Source of the DNA: a virus | Virus record (IMG/VR): IMGVR_UViG_3300020455_000006 | Span: 1-64,000 of that record | Length of the DNA stretch: 64,000 nucleotides | Strand: one strand, 5' to 3' | Part shown: one piece after another, positions 51,065 to 59,829 of the stretch | Position numbering within the stretch: the first letter of the stretch is position 1 | Layout: every line of letters begins with the position of its first letter | Position numbers and translations under genes: made by a program | The notes under the pieces: model-generated | Database searches by the model: none | What the model was told of the DNA's origin: nothing | Seen by the model: only the letters and a program-made list of their open reading frames with translations

Positions 51065-51192
51065 ATTGTTTATGTAAAGTTTTGTTACTATCTCAACACA
51101 TACTATAGACAGGTTTGGAACTACCCTGTACAATAAAGTACATGAGGGTTGATTGATTGCTTCCCTCTAAATGTCCTTTATTATTCTTGATA

Positions 51193-51414
51193 ATGAGTTA
51201 CAAAATCAACAATTCAAGTGCTATCGCAAACGTAGATTTCTCAGACAACAACAAGGTGTCTGTTCAGTTCACAACTAGCGACACACCTTATGAGTTTCTT
51301 GCAAAAGATTCTTCTCTTGTAAGAAATGGTCTTGAGAGTGCTATCAACAAAGGCGATTCAGTTGGTCGTTTGATTGCTTCTTATAGAGCAAGTGGCGAAT
51401 TGACAGCAGTATAA
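51193..51414 (+). CDS. KTSC-domain-like small protein
   Basis: SSAIANVDF...VSVQF....YEF...SVGR pattern. Confidence 0.6.
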   Translation: MSYKINNSSAIANVDFSDNNKVSVQFTTSDTPYEFLAKDSSLVRNGLESAINKGDSVGRLIASYRASGELTAV

Positions 51415-51436
51415 TCATACTGCCTATGATATTCAT

Positions 51437-51463
51437 ACCCACACTCTATGTGTGGGTTTTTTT
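51437..51463 (+). terminator. Terminator
   Basis: ACCCACAC-tctat-GTGTGGGT plus T-run. Confidence 0.85.
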
Positions 51464-51471
51464 ATTCTAAC

Positions 51472-51759
51472 ATGAGTTACATGACTAACAACACAACCAT
51501 TGAGTTGATGAGAGAACTGGACGAGTCAGTTCAAAGAGTCAAAGAACTCAACAGAATCATCAACAAACTTCACACCGCTATTATATGTGATAGCGAAGAA
51601 CTAGAGGATTTGGTAGAATTGACAAGAACCTATGCAAACTATAGCATCAGAGACTTGGAGAATTCCTACCTACACACTTTCAATACTGTTATCAAAAATG
51701 ATAAAGTAGTTCCGTTTCCTATCAAGAAACAATTTGTACATTTAGATGAGGACGCATAA
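51472..51759 (+). CDS. Hypothetical protein
   Basis: Helical ORF after the terminator. Confidence 0.65.
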   Translation: MSYMTNNTTIELMRELDESVQRVKELNRIINKLHTAIICDSEELEDLVELTRTYANYSIRDLENSYLHTFNTVIKNDKVVPFPIKKQFVHLDEDA

Positions 51760-51760
51760 C

Positions 51761-52024
51761 ATGACATTTGCATTTTTGAGTGGATTAGCAGAACTATGGG
51801 AAGCAGTTGATTGGCAAGATGTTCCCATATTCTTTGTATGTCTATTTGGTTTATACTGGGGAAAGAATTGGATTGACCTTAGATTTGCTCGTAAGAAAGC
51901 ACAGATAGTACATAGAGTCAAGATAGTGGGAGATTCCCATATCAACATAGACCATGCACACATAGATGAGATAGAGCATAATCATGTTGAAGGAGACGTA
52001 AACACTCACAATAAGACTTGGTAA
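51761..52024 (+). CDS. Membrane protein with His-rich tail
   Basis: TM segment followed by HINIDHAHIDEIEHNH. Confidence 0.65.
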   Translation: MTFAFLSGLAELWEAVDWQDVPIFFVCLFGLYWGKNWIDLRFARKKAQIVHRVKIVGDSHINIDHAHIDEIEHNHVEGDVNTHNKTW

Positions 52025-52025
52025 A

Positions 52026-52667
52026 ATGACATCAATCACTACGCTAGAACATACTACACTAGGTAATATCTCAGCAAGTGATTTTACTCTATCGCAATTA
52101 TCTCTTCTCTTATTTGAGAAGGGATTATTGCTTGGTTTTGATAATGTATTTGACAAAACTAAGATAAGAGAGATCATGGTTGCTGAGAAACTAGGACATA
52201 ATGTACACAGTACAGTTATAGCAGGGAAGGGAACTATCAACTATGGTAGTGACGCTACAGACCCCACAACAGGCAAGAAGGCAGAGTATAAGTCACAGAC
52301 ACTAAGGTCTAAGGACTTGAGAAATTTATTTCAAGAGGTTAGATACCCTAAGAGTGGTAAGAAATTTGCACCACTTACAATTACTGGTGTTTATAATGGT
52401 TTCAATAGTAACTATGAATCAGCATCAGTTGAGTATGAAAAGGTTGACCATTATTTCTCACTCTTCTGGAGAGAGAACCCAGTAGCAATATATCAGATTG
52501 ACACATACTATGTGATGAACATGCTTATAGACAATTATAGTAAGTGGCATAATAATGGTAGGCAAGGAACATCTAATTGCAATTCAGTCAAAATTCAATT
52601 AGAATCACAGTCAGACTATTATACAGTAAAGTACATTGATGAGAGATTTTTCAATGAAAAGAAATAG
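52026..52667 (+). CDS. PvuII-like PD-(D/E)XK restriction endonuclease
   Basis: GSDATDPTTGKKAEYKS resembles the PvuII GNDAVDNAGQEYELKS motif (recalled); also AIY...KW; adjacent MTases. Confidence 0.65.
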   Translation: MTSITTLEHTTLGNISASDFTLSQLSLLLFEKGLLLGFDNVFDKTKIREIMVAEKLGHNVHSTVIAGKGTINYGSDATDPTTGKKAEYKSQTLRSKDLRNLFQEVRYPKSGKKFAPLTITGVYNGFNSNYESASVEYEKVDHYFSLFWRENPVAIYQIDTYYVMNMLIDNYSKWHNNGRQGTSNCNSVKIQLESQSDYYTVKYIDERFFNEKK

Positions 52668-53421
52668 TATAACAAACAAGGACTGTTTGAAGTTTCTAAA
52701 GACAATACCAGACAAGTCTGTTGATCTGGTATTGACTGACCCACCATATAATATTGGATTTGATGGTGGTAAGGGTTGGGATTCATACTGGAAGAATGAC
52801 AGAGAGTACATTCAATGGTGTATATCATGGTCTAAGGAGTGCATCAGGGTACTCAAGGACAATAGAATGTTTGTAGTCTGGGGAACTCTCAAGACAGAGA
52901 GTTTCCTACTCTATAAACTAGCATTGAATCGCTTTGAAGGTATCTACCCACAGAATGAGATTATATGGTCATACAACTGGGGTGGTCGAACCAAAGATAA
53001 CTTTGCTCGCAAACATGAGTATGCTTGGTGTTATAGCACAGGTAAGAAGTTTCTATTCAATAGTGATGATGTTCGAGTTGATAGAAAAGTTGGCAAGAAC
53101 ATGAGAACTGGACAGAACTATACTAAGGGAACTATACCCACTTGTGTATGGGAGAAAAACAACCACACAACGTCTAAAGACTATTGTGGTTGGCATGCCA
53201 CAACTAAGAATATAGAGGTCTTAGAGAGGATTATAAGGGCATACAGCAATGAGAATGATCTGGTTCTTGACCCATTTATGGGTAGTGGTTCAACTGCTAT
53301 TGCTTGCAAGTTATCCAACAGAGATTATATCGGATCAGAGTTGGATCAGGAATATGTCAAGAAGGCAAGAGCAAGAGTAAAGAGTTATGATAGGATAAAC
53401 ACACTATCAGCAATACTATGA
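52654..53421 (+). CDS. Beta-class amino DNA methyltransferase (m6A or m4C)
   Basis: TDPPY before DPFMGSGST. Confidence 0.93.
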   Translation: MKRNSITNKDCLKFLKTIPDKSVDLVLTDPPYNIGFDGGKGWDSYWKNDREYIQWCISWSKECIRVLKDNRMFVVWGTLKTESFLLYKLALNRFEGIYPQNEIIWSYNWGGRTKDNFARKHEYAWCYSTGKKFLFNSDDVRVDRKVGKNMRTGQNYTKGTIPTCVWEKNNHTTSKDYCGWHATTKNIEVLERIIRAYSNENDLVLDPFMGSGSTAIACKLSNRDYIGSELDQEYVKKARARVKSYDRINTLSAIL

Positions 53422-54377
53422 AGGATAGAATACTATATGGAGACTGTCGAGAGACACTCAAACAAATAGATTCTGGAACAGTTCAAATGTGTGTGACCAG
53501 TCCACCCTACTATGGTCTACGAGACTATGGAGGGGAGGAGAAACAAATAGGTCAAGAACAGACACCAGAGGAGTTTATTGATGAGTTAGTATCTGTATTC
53601 AGAGAAGTAAGAAGAACACTCAAAGATGATGGCACACTATGGGTAAACATAGGGGACAGTTATTATAACTATCGTCCCAGTAGGGGTAAATCATATCCAA
53701 AGCAGACTGTTAGTAAGACAAAGCAAGATTTACCTGATTATAGTAGCAAGAGAAACAACAAGTTACCAAACTACAAAGAAAAGGATTTGATCGGCATACC
53801 ATTTATGCTTGCCTTTGCCTTACGAAATGATGGGTGGTATCTTAGACAAGATATTATATGGCATAAACCAAATCCTATGCCTGAGAGTGTAAAGGATAGA
53901 TGTACTAAATCACATGAGTATATCTTTTTATTATCAAAGAACAAAAAGTATTACTATGACAATGAAGCAATCAAAGAACCAGTCAAGCAAGACTGGGGAA
54001 CAAGAAACCGCACAAATGGTAAGTACCATAATAGTGGGAGTGGGTTACACCCTCATAGTGGTCTTACCAAGTCTTATGACAGGAAAAATAAACGTGATGT
54101 TTGGTCAGTAACAAATAAACCATACAAACACGCTCACTTCGCTACATTTCCACCTGACTTGATAGAACCACCGATTTTAGCGGGTAGTCGAGAGGGAGAT
54201 ATAGTTCTAGACCCATTCATGGGGTCAGGAACTACCGCTATGGTATCAAAACAACATGGAAGATATTATATCGGGTGTGAACTACATGAAGAGTATGGAG
54301 ACTTGATTCAAGGACGTATGCCAGATGAGATATTGGCACAAGATGTACAGAATCCGTTGACAGACATGTTATACTGA
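53418..54377 (+). CDS. Beta-class N4-cytosine DNA methyltransferase
   Basis: TSPPY, HFATFP, DPFMGSGTT. Confidence 0.92.
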   Translation: MKDRILYGDCRETLKQIDSGTVQMCVTSPPYYGLRDYGGEEKQIGQEQTPEEFIDELVSVFREVRRTLKDDGTLWVNIGDSYYNYRPSRGKSYPKQTVSKTKQDLPDYSSKRNNKLPNYKEKDLIGIPFMLAFALRNDGWYLRQDIIWHKPNPMPESVKDRCTKSHEYIFLLSKNKKYYYDNEAIKEPVKQDWGTRNRTNGKYHNSGSGLHPHSGLTKSYDRKNKRDVWSVTNKPYKHAHFATFPPDLIEPPILAGSREGDIVLDPFMGSGTTAMVSKQHGRYYIGCELHEEYGDLIQGRMPDEILAQDVQNPLTDMLY

Positions 54378-54399
54378 AGCATACCTACAAAACAGGTCA

Positions 54400-54591
54400 A
54401 TGCCCAAAAAAGAACCACAATTACCTGATTTCTTAGATGGTAACAAACTAATTACAGTTGAGACTGAGTGGCACTCAGTTGAGATACCAAAAAATGAAAT
54501 GGAAAAGGTAATCGCTTTTTGTAATGATAATAACATTACAACAGACTACTACATGTGGGAGTTCATGACTTGGGAGCATGAAGAGTCATGA
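54400..54591 (+). CDS. Small early-region hypothetical protein
   Basis: Follows a palindrome promoter. Confidence 0.7.
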   Translation: MPKKEPQLPDFLDGNKLITVETEWHSVEIPKNEMEKVIAFCNDNNITTDYYMWEFMTWEHEES

Positions 54592-54743
54592 AAACTATTA
54601 CTCTCAAACTTAGTGAAACACAACTCACTAAAGTAGAGGACATTTTCGATAGTCTATTACTTGACAATGATGTTGACAAGGAAATAGACAAACTCTATAA
54701 TGATCTTTTAGATCAGGCATACTATTCTGAGGAAAACCAATGA
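54588..54743 (+). CDS. Small acidic protein (51 aa)
   Basis: MKTITLKLSETQLTKVEDIFD...; ATGA overlaps. Confidence 0.7.
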   Translation: MKTITLKLSETQLTKVEDIFDSLLLDNDVDKEIDKLYNDLLDQAYYSEENQ

Positions 54744-54883
54744 GAGAATTTCTAGTCTCAGCACTTGTTGAAGGGTACAGAATTGAGGACTACATCATGG
54801 CAGCAAGTGAGCATCATGCTATAAGATTACTTGAGTCAAAGTATCCACAGGCAAGAAACACTTATGCTATCCTACAAGACTGA
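54740..54883 (+). CDS. Small protein (47 aa)
   Basis: MREFLVSALVEGYRIEDYIMAASEHHAIRLLESKYPQA...; GAGG RBS. Confidence 0.7.
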   Translation: MREFLVSALVEGYRIEDYIMAASEHHAIRLLESKYPQARNTYAILQD

Positions 54884-55023
54884 TGGAATACAAATTTACC
54901 ACACCCTACGAGAGGTTTCAAGAGTGGTTGAATCAATGCCCAGTTGAGATAATCAACTATCAAGACTTTACAGACCAGTTCGAGGTCACGTTTAGCGTAC
55001 CACTAGAAGAGATAGACAGTTGA
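54883..55023 (+). CDS. Small protein (46 aa)
   Basis: MEYKFTTPYERFQEWLNQCPV...; TGATG coupling. Confidence 0.7.
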   Translation: MEYKFTTPYERFQEWLNQCPVEIINYQDFTDQFEVTFSVPLEEIDS

Positions 55024-55092
55024 GAGACTGTCTATTTTTTTGTCTATTCATCAATAGTATAGACTACAATTAGATCAGTTACACAATTCATT

Positions 55093-55224
55093 ATGACTTA
55101 TGTTATCTACACAGACCCAATACAGAGGACTACAGACTATGATGAAGCATGTTTTATCGCTGACGATCATTTCAATGCTACTGGGTTTATCGTTGCAGTA
55201 GAGGAGGACGAGAGCAATGCTTAG
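55093..55224 (+). CDS. Small acidic protein (43 aa)
   Basis: MTYVIYTDPIQRTTDYDEACFIADD...; follows a palindrome promoter. Confidence 0.7.
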   Translation: MTYVIYTDPIQRTTDYDEACFIADDHFNATGFIVAVEEDESNA

Positions 55225-55432
55225 ACAGTATGTTATTACTGGTACAAAGACCTTTACTTATTATAAGACAGTCCACGCTGAAGATATTACTGAAGCACAT
55301 TTGCTGGCACATGAACCGAGTGAAGATTCTGATGATGACTGGACTTGTTACTTTGATTATGACTATGATGAACCCACAGAGGACAATGGTCTTATGGTAG
55401 TCAAACACATTGAAGATGAGGGAGAGATCTAA
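55217..55432 (+). CDS. Small acidic protein
   Basis: GAGGAGG RBS; V.AE...EA..LA motif. Confidence 0.7.
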   Translation: MLRQYVITGTKTFTYYKTVHAEDITEAHLLAHEPSEDSDDDWTCYFDYDYDEPTEDNGLMVVKHIEDEGEI

Positions 55433-55638
55433 TGCCAATTTATCATGTCAAATGCTCAGAGACAGTAAATTTTACTGTCGCAATCGAAGCAGACACAGAA
55501 AATGATGCAAGGGAACTTGCACACGCAGACATCAATTCTCATGAAGTTATTGCAGAGTCAACAACTGACTGGGATATTGACGAAATCATTTTAGAATCAC
55601 AGGAGTGGTACAACAAACAGAGGAATTTATCATGTTAG
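55432..55638 (+). CDS. Small acidic protein, similar to the previous ORF
   Basis: IEADTENDARELA. Confidence 0.7.
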   Translation: MPIYHVKCSETVNFTVAIEADTENDARELAHADINSHEVIAESTTDWDIDEIILESQEWYNKQRNLSC

Positions 55639-55883
55639 ATGAAGTAAAAAAAACAATTACTTACACTCTCACATTTGATGAAGTGCAAGCATTTGAAGAT
55701 CATGTCACATGGCACATACTTGAACATGATATACCTGTAAGTGATAACTTACAGTCATTCATTGACAAGGTATTATACGATAGTATGCCAAGACGTACTA
55801 AAGAGTGGTATGCCATTCAAGAATTTGAGGAAGCGGAAAAAAATCTATCACCGCCTTATGAACACATACCAGACAGATACTAA
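55632..55883 (+). CDS. Small hypothetical protein
   Basis: GAGG RBS before ATG 55632. Confidence 0.7.
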   Translation: MLDEVKKTITYTLTFDEVQAFEDHVTWHILEHDIPVSDNLQSFIDKVLYDSMPRRTKEWYAIQEFEEAEKNLSPPYEHIPDRY

Positions 55884-55951
55884 ACTGTCACAAGAACCAT
55901 AGTTATCTTACTATAGATGGTTCATAATAGAGTATAACAACAAGAGGTCAC

Positions 55952-56149
55952 ATGCCTAGATCAAACAGCACACCAGTAGAATGGAATCGTTCACTTGATG
56001 TTACTGAAGCAGAAGAGTCAGTACTCGTTGAAATGGTAGGATTCTTCAATGACATGGGTTGGATAAATGATGAGTCACAAGATGCCTACGACACACTTGT
56101 AGACAAAATTTGTGAACCAAGTCCATTTGATTACACACCACAGTCATGA
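55952..56149 (+). CDS. Small acidic protein
   Basis: GAGG RBS; follows a palindrome promoter. Confidence 0.75.
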   Translation: MPRSNSTPVEWNRSLDVTEAEESVLVEMVGFFNDMGWINDESQDAYDTLVDKICEPSPFDYTPQS

Positions 56150-56310
56150 AGAAATTAGTCAACAAATACACTAGGGCAGGGTATAGAGGTAAATCTATAA
56201 CTTGCCCAGAATGTGATACTGACGCTATTGTGTATCACTTTGCATGGTCAGCACTCGGTTGTCAATCGTGTGGTGCTATGGTAGAAAAACATCAATGGAG
56301 TATAACATGA
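56146..56310 (+). CDS. Zinc-ribbon protein (54 aa)
   Basis: CPEC...VYHFAWSALGCQSC; ATGA overlaps on both sides. Confidence 0.75.
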   Translation: MKKLVNKYTRAGYRGKSITCPECDTDAIVYHFAWSALGCQSCGAMVEKHQWSIT

Positions 56311-56642
56311 GAACTTGGATTTTCAAAGACTACCTAAAAATGGAACATGGTAAGTTTTTACCATTACAGACTATTGAGTCAGAGGAGTTCGGTAGTCACT
56401 TCTTTATTGACATAGCATTTGAATTTATCACAGCACCCAGTCTAGTAGAAGGTGGGTATGATGAGAGTCAACTTGATTATGTCAGTAATTGGACTGAGTG
56501 GGAAGATGTCAACATGAATAAACTGTTTGACATTTATCGTGACCTTACATGGAAGGAAAACAACGATAACAGAGAGAAAGCAAGCGAAGAGTTTGCAGCA
56601 TACATTGATGACGTTGAAAAGGGAAGAATAGAATACCTATGA
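56307..56642 (+). CDS. Hypothetical protein (start moved to 56307)
   Basis: GGAG RBS and ATGA overlap. Confidence 0.7.
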   Translation: MRTWIFKDYLKMEHGKFLPLQTIESEEFGSHFFIDIAFEFITAPSLVEGGYDESQLDYVSNWTEWEDVNMNKLFDIYRDLTWKENNDNREKASEEFAAYIDDVEKGRIEYL

Positions 56643-56851
56643 CTATCTACACGACTGGACGTATTATCGGGTCATTCTTGATAGTCATAGCATATTTTAT
56701 TGTACTACATGTATCGGCAACAGTAGGAGCAGCAATGCACCTGATAGCAAACATCATAAGCATACCATTCTTTATAAGAACTAAGGGATATGATGTGGTT
56801 ATCATGCTAACATTTTTGATGGTAATATCACTTGGTAAGATATTATCATGA
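56639..56851 (+). CDS. Small multi-TM membrane protein
   Basis: Three hydrophobic segments. Confidence 0.75.
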   Translation: MTIYTTGRIIGSFLIVIAYFIVLHVSATVGAAMHLIANIISIPFFIRTKGYDVVIMLTFLMVISLGKILS

Positions 56852-56929
56852 CAATATTATTACTGTCACAACCTGTCTTGATTATCTTAGGATAACAGGC
56901 AATAATAGAGTATAACAAACGAGGTTATT

Positions 56930-57127
56930 ATGAGTCTATCTCAACAAATCAAAATTCAAGAGTTTGACAAGTACATCTTACAAGGTGGCGATCAATCTCT
57001 ATCAAATATAGAGGACTTATGTGTTTATGGTTTTGTAATGATGGACACCGAACCTGATGAAGAAACATTCAATGATGTAGTCATTGATGTGATTCGTAAA
57101 CTCAAGTTAGCATTACATTTACAATAG
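56930..57127 (+). CDS. Small hypothetical protein
   Basis: GAGG RBS; follows a palindrome promoter. Confidence 0.75.
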   Translation: MSLSQQIKIQEFDKYILQGGDQSLSNIEDLCVYGFVMMDTEPDEETFNDVVIDVIRKLKLALHLQ

Positions 57128-57136
57128 GAGTTCGTT

Positions 57137-57334
57137 ATGTCAACATTACATCATGACTCAATTTTTCAATCTTGCAATGAGTCAGTAGATATTCGTCCTT
57201 GTTTCAATGGTGTTGGTTCGTGGGAAGTATTTGATGATACTGGTACAGTTCACGATACTTACGACACACTAGATGAAGCAACAAAAGCAAGAGAAGATCT
57301 CGTCCTTTACCTATGGGAGTGCTTACTACAATGA
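57137..57334 (+). CDS. Small hypothetical protein
   Basis: AGGAG RBS; MSTLHH start. Confidence 0.75.
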   Translation: MSTLHHDSIFQSCNESVDIRPCFNGVGSWEVFDDTGTVHDTYDTLDEATKAREDLVLYLWECLLQ

Positions 57335-57570
57335 AACCTGATGAATTCGTCTTGAATCAAGAGCAGTTCAACACACTCAAAGAGATATACGTTGAACGAC
57401 TCGTTGATAATATGGAAACCAAAGACCTTGTAACCTACGTCACAAATGACATAGGAGAGTGGGTGGACAAACTGACCTATGCTGAAGCAATGAATGAATT
57501 TTCTGAGTATTGGGAAGAGTATTTCACAGACACTATTCAAGAAGTTTTGGAGATACACCCCAATGATTAG
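57331..57570 (+). CDS. Small acidic protein
   Basis: YVERLVDNMETKDL; ATGA overlap. Confidence 0.75.
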   Translation: MKPDEFVLNQEQFNTLKEIYVERLVDNMETKDLVTYVTNDIGEWVDKLTYAEAMNEFSEYWEEYFTDTIQEVLEIHPND

Positions 57571-57742
57571 TACTTGCACATATTTTTCCATTGCTGATAA
57601 GGTCAGAGATACAGACAGTCTATCTGAGTGGTGGGTACTGACTCTATATCCCAACTTGAACCAAGTTGTTTGTATTACTACTGATGAATCTCGTAATACT
57701 CGTAAATCGTTCAAACCGCATCAATTAGAGATCATACCATAA
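57563..57742 (+). CDS. Small hypothetical protein
   Basis: GGAG RBS before ATG 57563. Confidence 0.6.
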   Translation: MISTCTYFSIADKVRDTDSLSEWWVLTLYPNLNQVVCITTDESRNTRKSFKPHQLEIIP

Positions 57743-57859
57743 CTAGCAGATTTTTAGTCTAGAGGGGCGAAAGCGGGTCAATTTTATTAGTGTCACAAGG
57801 TCTATACCATTTGTCCAAAGAATAGGCAATAATGAAGTATAACTTTCTAAGGAGAGAAA

Positions 57860-58105
57860 ATGATTTTTTCAATGCAATTCAAAAGAGCGTTCTGGTTGAC
57901 TGAGGAAGATGCAATGGTATCATGCCCAGTATTACCTGATGGTACTATACAAGACTGGAACTGGGAGTATATTACAGGCGAGAAGGGCAAACCCTACTTC
58001 GAGACTGACCACAATTTCAACTGTCTTGTCAGAATATTCAATGCTCTCAAAGAGAATAGACAAGAAGGGTTGTATGAAATCAAGATCAAAGAGGTGGTGG
58101 CATAA
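57860..58105 (+). CDS. Small hypothetical protein
   Basis: AAGGAG RBS; follows a palindrome promoter. Confidence 0.75.
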   Translation: MIFSMQFKRAFWLTEEDAMVSCPVLPDGTIQDWNWEYITGEKGKPYFETDHNFNCLVRIFNALKENRQEGLYEIKIKEVVA

Positions 58106-58311
58106 TGGCATGGTGTTGTAAATGCGGTAATCAGAATGATGATAAAACCGCCCCTGATTACATAGCAGATAATGACCTATATTTCTACTGGGATAGTCCA
58201 CTTGAAGAGGATTACGACTGGCGGACTCACAACCCAGATATTGACTGCCTATGTGAGATATGTTTCGACATTCTAAATCATGATGGTAAGATAATCTGGA
58301 AACCAGTTTGA
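58105..58311 (+). CDS. Small Cys-rich (zinc-binding-like) protein
   Basis: CCKC...CLCEIC. Confidence 0.7.
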   Translation: MAWCCKCGNQNDDKTAPDYIADNDLYFYWDSPLEEDYDWRTHNPDIDCLCEICFDILNHDGKIIWKPV

Positions 58312-58382
58312 ATACTGTCACAAGATCTATTTCATTCGTCTACATTTTCGTCTATTATTAGTTCAACAAGCAAACATTCGTC

Positions 58383-58595
58383 ATGTACTCAAAACCACTT
58401 TATTCGTTATCAGAATCCTACAGACTGATAGGTAGGTACAATAAGAAATATAGTTCAGTTGAAATTGCTGATCTAGATCAAAGAGATCAGGGGTGGACTG
58501 ACTATGACCCTGTTCATGGAGCATCAGATAATGTACTCACTCAAGAATGTGATTCATTATACGATAGACTATTATTACAGGAGTTAGCATCATGA
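58383..58595 (+). CDS. Small hypothetical protein
   Basis: Follows a palindrome promoter. Confidence 0.7.
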   Translation: MYSKPLYSLSESYRLIGRYNKKYSSVEIADLDQRDQGWTDYDPVHGASDNVLTQECDSLYDRLLLQELAS

Positions 58596-58804
58596 GCAAC
58601 TCTTATGAACTCAGATGGAATGAAATTACTGAAAAGAATTTCTATTTCTATTTCTTCTTTGGTATGGCAGAGGGATTGACTCTTAGGGAGTGCATACATG
58701 GCAAGGGTTCTCAGACACCCGCCCAAGTTCAACCAGTTTGGTATAAGGGAACATATAATGAATATGCTAACAGTATAAAAACTTATATCCAAGAAATGCT
58801 GTAA
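58592..58804 (+). CDS. Small hypothetical protein
   Basis: AGGAG RBS and ATGA overlap. Confidence 0.7.
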   Translation: MSNSYELRWNEITEKNFYFYFFFGMAEGLTLRECIHGKGSQTPAQVQPVWYKGTYNEYANSIKTYIQEML

Positions 58805-58893
58805 CAAAACCACATATAAAATTGGCACAAGACACACCCTAAAATCAAACTTTCGTGATTATAATGAAGGAGTCCAAACAAATAGTAACAACT

Positions 58894-59160
58894 ATGCCAA
58901 CTAAGTCTATCGCTAAAGTAACAACAACTAAAGCAAAGACTAGGACTAGAGTAACAACAACAAAACTCAAAAGACCTGCTAAGAGTGTACTTACTCTAAA
59001 TCACTACGTTAGAGACTATCAGTCAAGAGTAAAAATTCACAATTATGAGTTTCAACAATTCTTGAATGATTGTAAAAAAGGTATTCAATTAGTAAGACAA
59101 TCTTCAGAGAATGTTTATAACTATGCTCTACAATCTTACAAAACACACTTCAATGTGTGA
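58894..59160 (+). CDS. Small basic Thr/Lys-rich protein (start moved to 58894)
   Basis: The longer call overlaps the -10 box. Confidence 0.7.
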   Translation: MPTKSIAKVTTTKAKTRTRVTTTKLKRPAKSVLTLNHYVRDYQSRVKIHNYEFQQFLNDCKKGIQLVRQSSENVYNYALQSYKTHFNV

Positions 59161-59178
59161 CAGTCAATGAATTGACAC

Positions 59179-59202
59179 AAGCACCCTAGAGGTGCTTTTT
59201 TC
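59179..59202 (+). terminator. Terminator
   Basis: AAGCACC-ctaga-GGTGCTT plus T-run. Confidence 0.8.
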
Positions 59203-59299
59203 TTATCGTAAGAAAACCAGTTGAGATAGTGTCACAAGTACCCCTTCACAAATCCCATTATTCAGACTATACTATTAGTATAGCAATCAATCAAACATC

Positions 59300-59671
59300 A
59301 TGAGAAAAATCGAAAGACAAATGAACTTCGCTCTATCCAATAAGGGCAATTTCTCAAGTTCAAACACTTCTGTTTCTTACCACCCTTCAGAGAATCTTTC
59401 GGAAGTGAGACTACATGGCAATCTAATTGCATGGTTAGACCACACTAAGCAAGTATTAGCACTTAGTTCGGCAGGGTGGCATACTAACACCACTAAGTCT
59501 AGACTAAATGCTTTACTCTTTGAGTTCAATACTGGCATTAGTGTATTTCAGAAAAACTGGGATTGGTTCGTCTCTGACTTCTCAGGTAAGAAAAAAGTTG
59601 ACTTTTATGATGGAATTTTAGTCACTAAGGAGGGATTTTCGTCAATTCACTCACACCCTGCTGTAGCATAA
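59300..59671 (+). CDS. Conserved phage hypothetical protein
   Basis: MRKIERQM...V.LHGN.IA...GW.T.TTKSRLNAL. Confidence 0.8.
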   Translation: MRKIERQMNFALSNKGNFSSSNTSVSYHPSENLSEVRLHGNLIAWLDHTKQVLALSSAGWHTNTTKSRLNALLFEFNTGISVFQKNWDWFVSDFSGKKKVDFYDGILVTKEGFSSIHSHPAVA

Positions 59672-59829
59672 GTTACAGCAGTTCGTCCATTTGATACGCA
59701 ATTACTTCGTTATGCAACTATTTTCGTCTAAAGTTCGTCTAAAATCCCTTGATATGACTTCGTTTTCGTTATCAAGAGATATATACAAAAGTTTACATGA
59801 AATGAACAGTTATGATGCTACAATTATGG

